From an uncultured delta proteobacterium (GTDB lineage: Bacteria > Desulfobacterota > Binatia > Binatales > Binataceae), in contig CAVXXK010000001.1 in assembly GCA_963765675.1 (NCBI GenBank), forward strand, positions 1,376,001-1,440,000: 64,000 bases of DNA, written 5' to 3'. A program made the position numbers and the translations under genes. Shown here one piece after another: positions 9,899 to 20,989 of the stretch. Position 1 is the stretch's first letter. Every line of letters starts with the position of its first letter. The notes under the pieces were generated by a model. The model saw only the letters and a list, made by a program, of their open reading frames with translations, was not told the origin of the DNA and made no database searches.

Positions 9899-12433
9899 CT
9901 ACTCATCATCCGAGCTATTTCCGTTAGTGCCGTTGCCGTTCGTGTCGTCGTCTTCGCCTTCAGCCAGGTTCGCGACCGCGCGCACGCGTTCCGTCTCTTC
10001 TTGCCTGACAAGGCGCACGCCCTGCGCGTTGCGGCCGGTGATTCGGACGTCCTTCACCTTCAGCCGGATGATCTTTCCGCCGTCGGTGATGAGCATCAAC
10101 TGGTCGTCGGTGCCGACTTGCCGCACCGCGATTACTTTGCCGGTCTTCTCGGTCACGTTCATCGTGATGACGCCCTTGCCGCCGCGATGCGTCAGCCGAT
10201 ACTCGTCGGCCGGGGTGCGCTTGCCGAAACCCAACTCGCTCACGGTCAGCAGGGTTTCGTCATCACGCACCGTGGACATCGAGACGACTTCGTCCTGTAC
10301 CAGCGTTACGGTTTTGCCTTCCTTGACGGTCTCTGATTCGAGTTCCATGCCGGTGACGCCGCCGGTTGCGCGGCCCATCGGGCGCACTTCTTCTTCCTTG
10401 AAGCGAATCGCCTGGCCGGCGCGGGTCGAGAGCACGATCTGCTGGTTGCCGTCGGTGATGCGCACGTCGACCAGCGAGTCGCCGTCCTCGAGGTTGATCG
10501 CGATGATGCCTGTGGAGCGGATGTTGTCGTATTCTTCGAGCGGAGTTTTCTTGACCCGTCCGCGGCGGGTCGAAAAGAAGACAAACTTGCCCGCCATCTC
10601 GCGCGGCACCGGCATGAACGCTTGCAGCGTTTCGTCAGTGCCGAGGCTCAGCAGGTTTGCGACCGAGCGTCCCTTCGCGGCGCGTCCGCCCTCAGGCATC
10701 TCGTACGCCTTTAGCTGATAAACCTTGCCCATGCTGGTGAAGAACATCAGGCGGTCGTGCGTCGATACGCGTTCGAGATGCTCGACGAAATCCTCGTCGC
10801 TGGTGGTCGCGCCGATCTTGCCGCGGCCTCCGCGCTTCTGCGTGCGATAGAGCGATAGCGGAGTGCGCTTGATATAGCCGCCGTGAGTGACGGTGACGAG
10901 CACGTCTTCCTCGACGATCAGATCCTCGATCGAGAACTCGCCCTCGGCCTCGACGATCTGCGTGCGCCGCGCGTCGCCAAATTCCTCCTTGATCGAACGC
11001 AGGTCGTTCGCGACCAGCTTCATCAGCTCTTTCTCGTCGGCGAGGATCTTCTTGAGCCGTTTGATCGTGTCTTCGACTTCCTTGTGCTCGGTCTCGATCT
11101 TCTCGCGCTCGAGCGAGGTCAGGCGGCGCAGCGTCAAATCCAAAATCGCCTGCGCCTGGATCTGCGTCAGGCTGAACTGGCGCATCAATCCCGAGCGCGC
11201 GGCCTCGGCGTCCTTGGAAGCCCTGATGAGCTTGATCACCGCGTCGAGGTTCTTCAGCGCGATGAGCAGTCCATCGAGGATATGCAGGCGCGCCTCGGCC
11301 TCGCGCAGCTCGAATTGCGTGCGGCGCGTGAGGACGATTTTGCGATGCTCGATGAAGGCGAGCAGGATCTCGCGCAGATTGAGCTCGCGCGGACGTCCCT
11401 CGTGAATGCCGAGCAGTATGATTCCGTAACTCTGCTGCATCTGCGTGAGCTTGTAGAGCTGATTGAGTACGATGCGCGGTTCGGCGTCGCGCTTGAGCTC
11501 GATCACGATCCGCATCCCGTCGCGATCCGACTCGTCGCGCAGATCGCTGATTCCGTCGATCCGCTTGTCGTTGACCAGCTCGGCCATCCGCTCGATCAGG
11601 CGCGCCTTGTTCACTTGGTAGGGAATCTCGCGCACGATAATCGACGCGCGGCCCGAGCGCTTGTCGGTCTCGATCGCGGCCAGAGCACGCATCAGCAGCG
11701 AGCCGCGTCCTGTCAGGTAGGCCTGCCGGATCGCCTGGCGCCCGAGCAACTGTCCGCCGGTCGGAAAGTCGGGGCCGGGAATGATGTCGAGAATCTTCTC
11801 CATTGTCAGCGCCGGATTTTCGATCAGCGCGAGCAACGCGTCGCAGATCTCGGTCAGATTGTGCGGCGGGATATTGGTCGCCATCCCGACCGCGATTCCG
11901 TCCGAGCCGTTCATCAGCAGGTTCGGAATCTCAGCGGGCAGGACTTCGGGTTCTTCCTGCGAGCCGTCGTAGTTGGGAATGAAATCGACCGTGTCCTTGT
12001 CGATATCGAGCAGCAGGCGCTCGGCCAGGCGCGTGAGCTTGCACTCCGTGTAACGCATCGCGGCCGGCGGGTCGCCGTCAACCGAGCCGAAGTTGCCCTG
12101 TCCGTCGATCAACGGGTAGCGCATGCTGAACGGCTGCGCCATCCGGGCCAGCGCGTCGTACACCGACATATCGCCGTGCGGATGATATTTTCCGAGCACA
12201 TCGCCGACCACGGCCGCGCACTTGATATAGCGGCGATTCGAGAGCAGGCCCGCGCGGAACATCGCGTACAGGATCCGGCGATGAACCGGCTTCAGCCCGT
12301 CGCGGATAACCGGCAGCGCGCGCCCGACATTTACCGACATCGCGTAGTCCAAATAGGACTGCTTCATGTCGTCTTCGATATTGAGCAGCGATGGTTCGTT
12401 GCGGATGGGTTCGTTGCCGTTGGTCTCAGCCAT
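9899..12433 (-). CDS. gyrA: DNA gyrase subunit A
   Basis: [31 protein letters not shown] (catalytic Tyr), GyrA-box QKRGGRG, C-terminal repeats. Confidence 0.97.
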   Translation of the reverse strand: MAETNGNEPIRNEPSLLNIEDDMKQSYLDYAMSVNVGRALPVIRDGLKPVHRRILYAMFRAGLLSNRRYIKCAAVVGDVLGKYHPHGDMSVYDALARMAQPFSMRYPLIDGQGNFGSVDGDPPAAMRYTECKLTRLAERLLLDIDKDTVDFIPNYDGSQEEPEVLPAEIPNLLMNGSDGIAVGMATNIPPHNLTEICDALLALIENPALTMEKILDIIPGPDFPTGGQLLGRQAIRQAYLTGRGSLLMRALAAIETDKRSGRASIIVREIPYQVNKARLIERMAELVNDKRIDGISDLRDESDRDGMRIVIELKRDAEPRIVLNQLYKLTQMQQSYGIILLGIHEGRPRELNLREILLAFIEHRKIVLTRRTQFELREAEARLHILDGLLIALKNLDAVIKLIRASKDAEAARSGLMRQFSLTQIQAQAILDLTLRRLTSLEREKIETEHKEVEDTIKRLKKILADEKELMKLVANDLRSIKEEFGDARRTQIVEAEGEFSIEDLIVEEDVLVTVTHGGYIKRTPLSLYRTQKRGGRGKIGATTSDEDFVEHLERVSTHDRLMFFTSMGKVYQLKAYEMPEGGRAAKGRSVANLLSLGTDETLQAFMPVPREMAGKFVFFSTRRGRVKKTPLEEYDNIRSTGIIAINLEDGDSLVDVRITDGNQQIVLSTRAGQAIRFKEEEVRPMGRATGGVTGMELESETVKEGKTVTLVQDEVVSMSTVRDDETLLTVSELGFGKRTPADEYRLTHRGGKGVITMNVTEKTGKVIAVRQVGTDDQLMLITDGGKIIRLKVKDVRITGRNAQGVRLVRQEETERVRAVANLAEGEDDDTNGNGTNGNSSDDE

Positions 12434-12477
12434 TTATTCCGGTTCTCCCGCGCGGAACTTGCGAAATTGAAAATCTG

Positions 12478-12717
12478 TCAGCAGCATGATTGGCGCAGCG
12501 ACGCCCACAGCGCGATATTCTGGCGCAGCTTCTCGCGATGACGCTGCCGCTGATGCGGTACCAGGTCGTAATCGAACGCGTCCTCCGGATGCGCGATCGC
12601 TTCGAGGTCGAGTGCGATTCCCAGCTCCTGCTCGGCGTCGCGCGCGTCGCGTTCGCACACCGCGCAATTCGTCACCATCGCGCGTATCTCGTCCTGCAGG
12701 AATTCTCTTGGTCCCAT
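12478..12717 (-). CDS. Small hypothetical protein (CxxC, C-terminal CC) between gyrB and gyrA
   Basis: 79-aa ORF fills the gyrB-gyrA gap on the same strand; protein-like composition. Confidence 0.55.
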   Translation of the reverse strand: MGPREFLQDEIRAMVTNCAVCERDARDAEQELGIALDLEAIAHPEDAFDYDLVPHQRQRHREKLRQNIALWASLRQSCC

Positions 12718-12766
12718 CAGACGGATCCGCCCATAACCGACGCGGCGCCGCACCGCGCCTGCGCGC

Positions 12767-15314
<2,548 letters not shown>

Positions 15315-15444
15315 TCAGAAGTTGGGTTTACTGAGCAATTATGCCGAAAAACTATCCACAGGCCGACTTGGTTTTCGGACCGTGGGTTCGTTTGGGTTCG
15401 TAGCGTAAATAGAATCTCGTTTCCAGTCGGTTATCGCGACCGAT

Positions 15445-16131
15445 TTAGGCGGCAGCGCGCTCGATTCCATCAAAGAATTGCCACCATAGGTCGAGCGAGC
15501 GTTCCGCAGCCGCGCGGATGCGCGCGCGCTCCGCGTCGCCGAGCGTCATCGTGGCGAGAATATTGTCGCCGACATCGCTGTGGTCGCGGTCGGCGATTTC
15601 ATGCACGTCGAAGAATGCGACCTGCTCGGGCGAGAGTGCGTAGTGCTTTTCCAAAGCGCGAGCGAACGGACCGAAGTTGCCGACGACCTGTCCTTCCGCG
15701 GCGACATTGATCGCGGCAATTCCCTCGGCGAAGGAGCGGTCCTTGGTCGACAGCTCGAACCAATCGATCAGCGCCGCCGTCGAGGCGAGCGGGCGCGCTT
15801 CGACCAGATCCGCGCGCGACATCCCGAGCGCGACGCCCAGCCGGATGAAGAGCTCGGGATGCGGCGCGCTGCCAGAGATCAGACCGGTCTCTTCTTCGTA
15901 CAGGCTCTCGGCGAGCTTCACGCGCTCCTGCGGATCGTGGCAGCGCGAGTGCAGCGCGCTGACTGCGCGCGGGAACTCGCGCACCTGCAGAAAGAACTGC
16001 GCCGCGAACACGCGCATCCCTGCCGCGGAGACCTTGCCGTCAGCGATTTTGAGCCACAGCGGATGCCGCCCGAACGAGCGCCGCTCTTTTACGACCGCGA
16101 ACAATTCGCGCACGAATGTTTCACTGGCCAT
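15445..16131 (-). CDS. Heme-oxygenase-like diiron oxidase (TenA/PqqC/CADD superfamily)
   Basis: LYEEETG..HPELF and FFDVHEIADRDH metal-ligand motifs. Confidence 0.75.
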   Translation of the reverse strand: MASETFVRELFAVVKERRSFGRHPLWLKIADGKVSAAGMRVFAAQFFLQVREFPRAVSALHSRCHDPQERVKLAESLYEEETGLISGSAPHPELFIRLGVALGMSRADLVEARPLASTAALIDWFELSTKDRSFAEGIAAINVAAEGQVVGNFGPFARALEKHYALSPEQVAFFDVHEIADRDHSDVGDNILATMTLGDAERARIRAAAERSLDLWWQFFDGIERAAA

Positions 16132-16141
16132 GGCTAACCTC

Positions 16142-17431
16142 TCAGTCGATATGCTTCAGGTCGTCGAGCATTTCGTCCGGCCCGATATAGCCGGACTTGC
16201 GCACTTTTATTGCTCCGGTCGAATCAATAATCAACGTGGTCGGCACGCCTTCGACCCCGTACTTTCCGCGCAACTGGTCGGTCGCATGGTCGCTCTTGGT
16301 CAGGTCCGCGCGCATCACCACGAATCGCTGCGCCTCTTTGACCACTGCGGGATTGACGAAGGTTGAATGCTCCATCTCGCGGCAGGGTATACACCAATCA
16401 GCCGAGAAATCGATCAGCACCGGCCGGCGCTCGGACGCGGCGCTTTGGAGCGCCGTCGCATCGAACGGGGCGAACGCGATTTCTTTGAGCGCAGGCCGCG
16501 GAATCAGCAGATAGATCATCGCGGCCACCGCGATGACGCCGACCGCCATGCGGATTACCAGGAACGCGCGCAGCCTGCGTCCCGCGCCGGTTATGAATCC
16601 GAGCCAGATTCCCGCTGCCGCGGCATAGTAGGGCAGGATGCGCGAGATCAAGTGATGCGGAACCACCGGATCAAGGAAGTAGAGCGCGAGCCCGATCAGA
16701 ACGAAGCCAAATAACTGCTCAACCCACGCCAGCCACTCGCCGGAGCGTGGCAGCTTGCGGATACTACCGGCGGCCAGCGCAAGGAAGATGTACGGAAAGC
16801 CGAGCCCGATCGCGAGTGTGAAGAACAGCGCGAAGCCGAACAGCGGGCTGCCGTTGCGCTCGACCATCAGGAGCAGCCCCAGCACGAACGGCCCGATGCA
16901 CGGCGCGGCAACGACACCCATCCCGAGGCCCATCAGCGCCGCGCCCGCGTAACCCGGCCGCGCGATGCCCGCGCGCTGGAGCATCCACTGCGGAGGCTGC
17001 AGCGAGAACATCCCGAAGCTCGACAGCGCGAGCACGATCAGCATCGCGGCGAGAAGCGAGAGCACGTAAGGATTCTGCATCGCCGCGCCGAAGAGGCCGC
17101 CCGACATCGCCACCGCGACCCCGACCGCCGAGAACATCACCGCGATTCCCAACACGAACAGTATCGCCAGTGTCAGCACTCGGCGCGTTCCGCCGCCCTG
17201 GTTGCCAAAGTACGCGACCGTGACACCGATCAGCGGATAGACGCACGGCGTCAGATTCAGCGCGATTCCGCCGAGGAACACGAAAACGAAGCCAAGGAAC
17301 CATCCGTGATGCGCAAATACGTCGGCGGGCGCGTTTTCCGTGGCCGCGCAGGCAAGCTCCGCGCTGAAGGCCACGATGCACACGGCCAGCGCGGCGATTC
17401 CAGCCACACGTGATGTGGATCTGTGATTCAT
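16142..17431 (-). CDS. dsbD: DsbD/CcdA-type thiol:disulfide interchange protein with C-terminal thioredoxin domain
   Basis: LNLTPCVYP and AAPCIGP transmembrane Cys motifs, DFSADWCIPC thioredoxin motif. Confidence 0.85.
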   Translation of the reverse strand: MNHRSTSRVAGIAALAVCIVAFSAELACAATENAPADVFAHHGWFLGFVFVFLGGIALNLTPCVYPLIGVTVAYFGNQGGGTRRVLTLAILFVLGIAVMFSAVGVAVAMSGGLFGAAMQNPYVLSLLAAMLIVLALSSFGMFSLQPPQWMLQRAGIARPGYAGAALMGLGMGVVAAPCIGPFVLGLLLMVERNGSPLFGFALFFTLAIGLGFPYIFLALAAGSIRKLPRSGEWLAWVEQLFGFVLIGLALYFLDPVVPHHLISRILPYYAAAAGIWLGFITGAGRRLRAFLVIRMAVGVIAVAAMIYLLIPRPALKEIAFAPFDATALQSAASERRPVLIDFSADWCIPCREMEHSTFVNPAVVKEAQRFVVMRADLTKSDHATDQLRGKYGVEGVPTTLIIDSTGAIKVRKSGYIGPDEMLDDLKHID

Positions 17432-17488
17432 CAACTCGATCAACCCGGCGCCGCGCGCGAGTCCACAGGCCCGATGGCACGAGCGGCT

Positions 17489-18679
17489 CTAGCCGTTTGC
17501 GGCCGAGGTTCGTTTGCCATTGGTGCTGGAGAGTGGGACCGAATCGACAATCTCGAGTCCGTAGCCGGGCAGGTTAGCCAGCCGCGGCGTCGCGTCGGAC
17601 ATGATGATCATTTTGCGCACGCCGATATCGCGCAGGATTTGCGCGCCGATACCGTAGTCGCGGAAGTCCGACTCGGTGGTGCCGTAGCGCGTGCTAGGCC
17701 GCTTGGACTTGGACTGCTGGCCGCCAAATCCCTCGAGCTCGGATGCGATCGCGTTGGACTCGCGCTTCAAATAGAGCAGCACGCCTTCGCCCGCCTGCGC
17801 GATTCGCTCCATCGCCGAGCGCAGCAGCTCGCGTGTGTTGCGTCCGGTGAAGCCGAACACGTCGCCGGGCAGGTACTCGCGATGCGCGCGGACCAGGATC
17901 GGACGCTGCGGATCGACGTTGCCCATCACCAGCACCAGGTGCTCGGTGTAGTCGACCAGGTTGCGGTATACGATCGCTTTGAAGTTCCCGTAACGGGTCG
18001 GCAGCCGCGCCTCCGCGATCTTCTGGACCATCGTCTCGGTGCGCAGCCGGTATTCGATAATGTCGGCGACGGTGACAATCTTGAGCCCGTGCACGCGCGC
18101 GAATTCAACCAGGTCGTCGCGCCGCGCCATATTGCCGTCGTCTTTCAAGATCTCGCAAATCACGCCCGCGGGCTTGAGCCCCGCAAGCCGCGCCAAATCC
18201 ACCGCGCCTTCTGTTTGCCCGGTCCGCACCAGCACTCCGCCTTCGCGCGCGCGCAGGGGATAGACGTAGCCTGGCGTAATGAACTCGCTGCCACTCGCGT
18301 CTTCGCGCACGGCCTGCAACACGGTGGTCGCGCGATCCTGCGCCGAGATTCCCTTGCCCGCACAGCGCCGCGCCGTGATCGCGGTGGTGAACGCGGTGCC
18401 CAGCGGAGCCTGGTTGTCGCCGACCATCATGCTGAGCCCGAGCCGATCGATCCGGTCCGCCGCCATCGGCAGGCAGATCAGTCCGCGCGCGAACTTGGCC
18501 ATGAAGTTTATCGCCTCGGGCGTGACCTTCTCCGCCGCCATCGAGAGGTCGCCTTCGTTTTCGCGCTGCTCGTCGTCCATCAGGATAATCATGTGGCCGC
18601 GGCGGGTTTCTTCCAGCGCCTCTTCGATCGTGATGAAAGGTGCGCGGGCTTTGGTGCGGGGATTGATTTCGCCAAACAT
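17489..18679 (-). CDS. ribB: 3,4-dihydroxy-2-butanone-4-phosphate synthase fused to a degenerate GTP cyclohydrolase II domain (RibBX type)
   Basis: DDEQRENEGD, GLICLP, RTGQTEG, GVICEI; C-terminal RDYGIGAQIL but no Zn-binding Cys. Confidence 0.88.
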   Translation of the reverse strand: MFGEINPRTKARAPFITIEEALEETRRGHMIILMDDEQRENEGDLSMAAEKVTPEAINFMAKFARGLICLPMAADRIDRLGLSMMVGDNQAPLGTAFTTAITARRCAGKGISAQDRATTVLQAVREDASGSEFITPGYVYPLRAREGGVLVRTGQTEGAVDLARLAGLKPAGVICEILKDDGNMARRDDLVEFARVHGLKIVTVADIIEYRLRTETMVQKIAEARLPTRYGNFKAIVYRNLVDYTEHLVLVMGNVDPQRPILVRAHREYLPGDVFGFTGRNTRELLRSAMERIAQAGEGVLLYLKRESNAIASELEGFGGQQSKSKRPSTRYGTTESDFRDYGIGAQILRDIGVRKMIIMSDATPRLANLPGYGLEIVDSVPLSSTNGKRTSAANG

Positions 18680-18814
18680 CGAATCTCTCAGGCGGACGGA
18701 CTAGGCTGCGCTCCGTATCCTAGGAAAATTCTACACTGGCGGCAAAGCGCATTCGATGGGCCGTCGGCTCGTTCGCGGGAGCATTGTCGGGCGCAGCGAT
18801 GCTATCGTGAGGCG

Positions 18815-19588
18815 ATGGATCGTTCGGCCTATACTGCGGTGCTGCTGGCCGCAGGACGCGGCACCCGCCTTGGCGCGCTTACCGCGGATACTCCCAAGCC
18901 TCTGCTCGAGGTCGTTGGCGCTCCGCTTATCGAGCATATCGTCCGCGCATTCGTCGACGCGGGAGTGTGGCGATTCATTGTCGTGACCGGATACTTGGGC
19001 GAGCAGGTTACCGCATGGTGCGCCAAATTTGCTGAGGACAATCCGGGGATCGAGATCGATCCCGTCGCACAAGCCGAGCTGAACGGTACCGCCGGCGCGA
19101 TTCTCGCCGCGCACGAGAAGGTTGCCGACCAGCCGAGTTTCATCTTCGGATGGGGCGACGTGCTGATGGATCGCGCGAACTATCGCCGCTTCGTCGCGCG
19201 CGCCGCGGAAAATGACTTCGACCTGTTGCTCGCCGCCAACCGGATGAAGGATCCATGGCGCGGCGCAGCGGTCTATCTGAGCGCCGACATGCACGTGGAA
19301 CGCCTGGTCGAGAAGCCTGCTCAGGGCGAATCCGATACCGAATGGAACAACGCCGGGCTGTTCGCCGCCAGGCAGATACTCTTCGATTATGTCACGCAGC
19401 TTACCCCGTCGCCGCGCGGAGAGCTCGAGTTGCCGCTGGCGATTGCCGCGATGATCAACGACGGTCGCGACGTTCGCGCGATCGATATGCGCGGCTTCTG
19501 GAGCGACGTCGGCACTCCGGCCGATCTGGAGGTCGCGCGCAAGCGCTTTCATCCGAAACCCGGAACGCGAAAGCCGAAAGCCAAGTGA
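18815..19588 (+). CDS. Sugar-phosphate nucleotidyltransferase (NTP_transferase family)
   Basis: LLAAGRGTRL..PKPLL, VEKP, SPRGELEL, WSDVGTP. Confidence 0.88.
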   Translation: MDRSAYTAVLLAAGRGTRLGALTADTPKPLLEVVGAPLIEHIVRAFVDAGVWRFIVVTGYLGEQVTAWCAKFAEDNPGIEIDPVAQAELNGTAGAILAAHEKVADQPSFIFGWGDVLMDRANYRRFVARAAENDFDLLLAANRMKDPWRGAAVYLSADMHVERLVEKPAQGESDTEWNNAGLFAARQILFDYVTQLTPSPRGELELPLAIAAMINDGRDVRAIDMRGFWSDVGTPADLEVARKRFHPKPGTRKPKAK

Positions 19589-20982
19589 ACCTCAGGCCGG
19601 AAGACGGATGGAATTCCGCCGAACTCGAACGCGCTGGTGCCCAGGTCCGCGAGCTGCGCGCGCTGGGTGGTGCGGACTCGCGTATCGTCGCGGTGCGCGC
19701 GCCCGGCCGCGTCAATCTTATCGGTGAGCACACAGACTATAGCGGCTTGCCGGTCCTGCCGGCCGCGATCGATCGCTCGACGATAATCGTTGCGATCGCG
19801 TCGCTCGAACATGAGATGGTCCTGCGCAACACCGACCGAGCATTCGGATCGCGCAGGTTTCAGATCGAAAAAGCAATTCCCGCCTATCCAGTCGGCGACT
19901 GGGCCAACTACGTCAAGGCCGGTATCCAGGGCGTGATCGATCACTTCGGCGCGCGCGGCTTATCGGACGCGAAGCTGCGCGGCGCGACGATGATCGTCGA
20001 TGGCCGCGTGCCCGTTGCGGCTGGCTTGTCATCGTCGTCGGCGCTGACCGTCGCCGCGGCGCTCGCGTTCATGGCTCTCAACGGACTCGAGCTTGCGCCG
20101 CTCGAGTGCGCCGCGATGCTCGCGCGAAGCGAATGGTATGTCGGCACGCGCGGCGGCGGAATGGATCAGGCCGCGTCGCTGTTGGGCCAGCGCGATCATG
20201 CTCTCTTCATCGAATTTAATCCGCTGCGTGTGCGCGCGATCAAAATGCCCTCCGGCGCGGCGCTGGTCGTGGCCGACAGTTGCGAGGTCGCAGACAAATC
20301 CGGCAGCGTGCGTAACGAGTACAATCGCCGCGTCGTCGAATGCTCGCTGGCGGCGCGAATTATCGCGCGCCAGATGAAGCTCGACGGAGTCCGGACACTC
20401 GGCGACGTCGCGAAGGCAATCGCGAACTGGAGTGCGGCGGATTTGATCTCGATTCTGGAAGCGGCTGCGCCCCTGCGGCTCGCTCCCGACCTTGCCGACG
20501 CCGCGCATATCCTCGGAGCCTCGCGCGACGCACTTGCCGATGATCTTCTCGGCGGCGGCGCTCTTGGCGTCAAGCTAGATCCGTCAGCGCCGCTCGAGAT
20601 TCTCCGGCGCGCGAGGCACGTGCTGACCGAGACTGAGCGCGTGATCCGCGCGGCCGCGATTCTCGAAGAGGGGGATTTGGACGCGATGGGTGCGCTGATG
20701 AACGCCTCGCACGCGAGCCTGGCCGAAGACTTTGATTGCTCGACGCCGCGCCTGGACCTTCTCGTCGGCGCCGCGCGCAAGGGCGGGGCGCTCGGCGCAC
20801 GTCTGACCGGCGCGGGATTTGGCGGTTCGATCATCGCGCTCAGCCGCGCCGCCGACGTCGAGCGAATATTCGATTCGATCGATCGCGAGTACTACACGCC
20901 CCTCGGAATCGAACCTTACGGCAAACGCGCAGTCCTGCACGCCGGCGCAGGCGCGAGCACAATCGACATAGCGGCGGCGTGA
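19585..20982 (+). CDS. galK: Galactokinase / N-acetylgalactosamine kinase-like GHMP kinase
   Basis: APGRVNLIGEHTDY, GLSSSSA, GGGMDQ, GARLTGAGFGG; GTG start overlaps the upstream stop (GTGA). Confidence 0.85.
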   Translation: MNLRPEDGWNSAELERAGAQVRELRALGGADSRIVAVRAPGRVNLIGEHTDYSGLPVLPAAIDRSTIIVAIASLEHEMVLRNTDRAFGSRRFQIEKAIPAYPVGDWANYVKAGIQGVIDHFGARGLSDAKLRGATMIVDGRVPVAAGLSSSSALTVAAALAFMALNGLELAPLECAAMLARSEWYVGTRGGGMDQAASLLGQRDHALFIEFNPLRVRAIKMPSGAALVVADSCEVADKSGSVRNEYNRRVVECSLAARIIARQMKLDGVRTLGDVAKAIANWSAADLISILEAAAPLRLAPDLADAAHILGASRDALADDLLGGGALGVKLDPSAPLEILRRARHVLTETERVIRAAAILEEGDLDAMGALMNASHASLAEDFDCSTPRLDLLVGAARKGGALGARLTGAGFGGSIIALSRAADVERIFDSIDREYYTPLGIEPYGKRAVLHAGAGASTIDIAAA

Positions 20983-20989
20983 GGCGCGC

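Noticed and set aside
12478-12490. CC-TGA end as possible selenocysteine readthrough
   Set aside because: No recognisable SECIS hairpin or selenoprotein family motif after the TGA.
17423-18814. Apparent 721-aa nucleotidyltransferase with a long N-terminal domain
   Set aside because: The extension is the antisense of ribB; the recognisable protein starts at ATG 18815.
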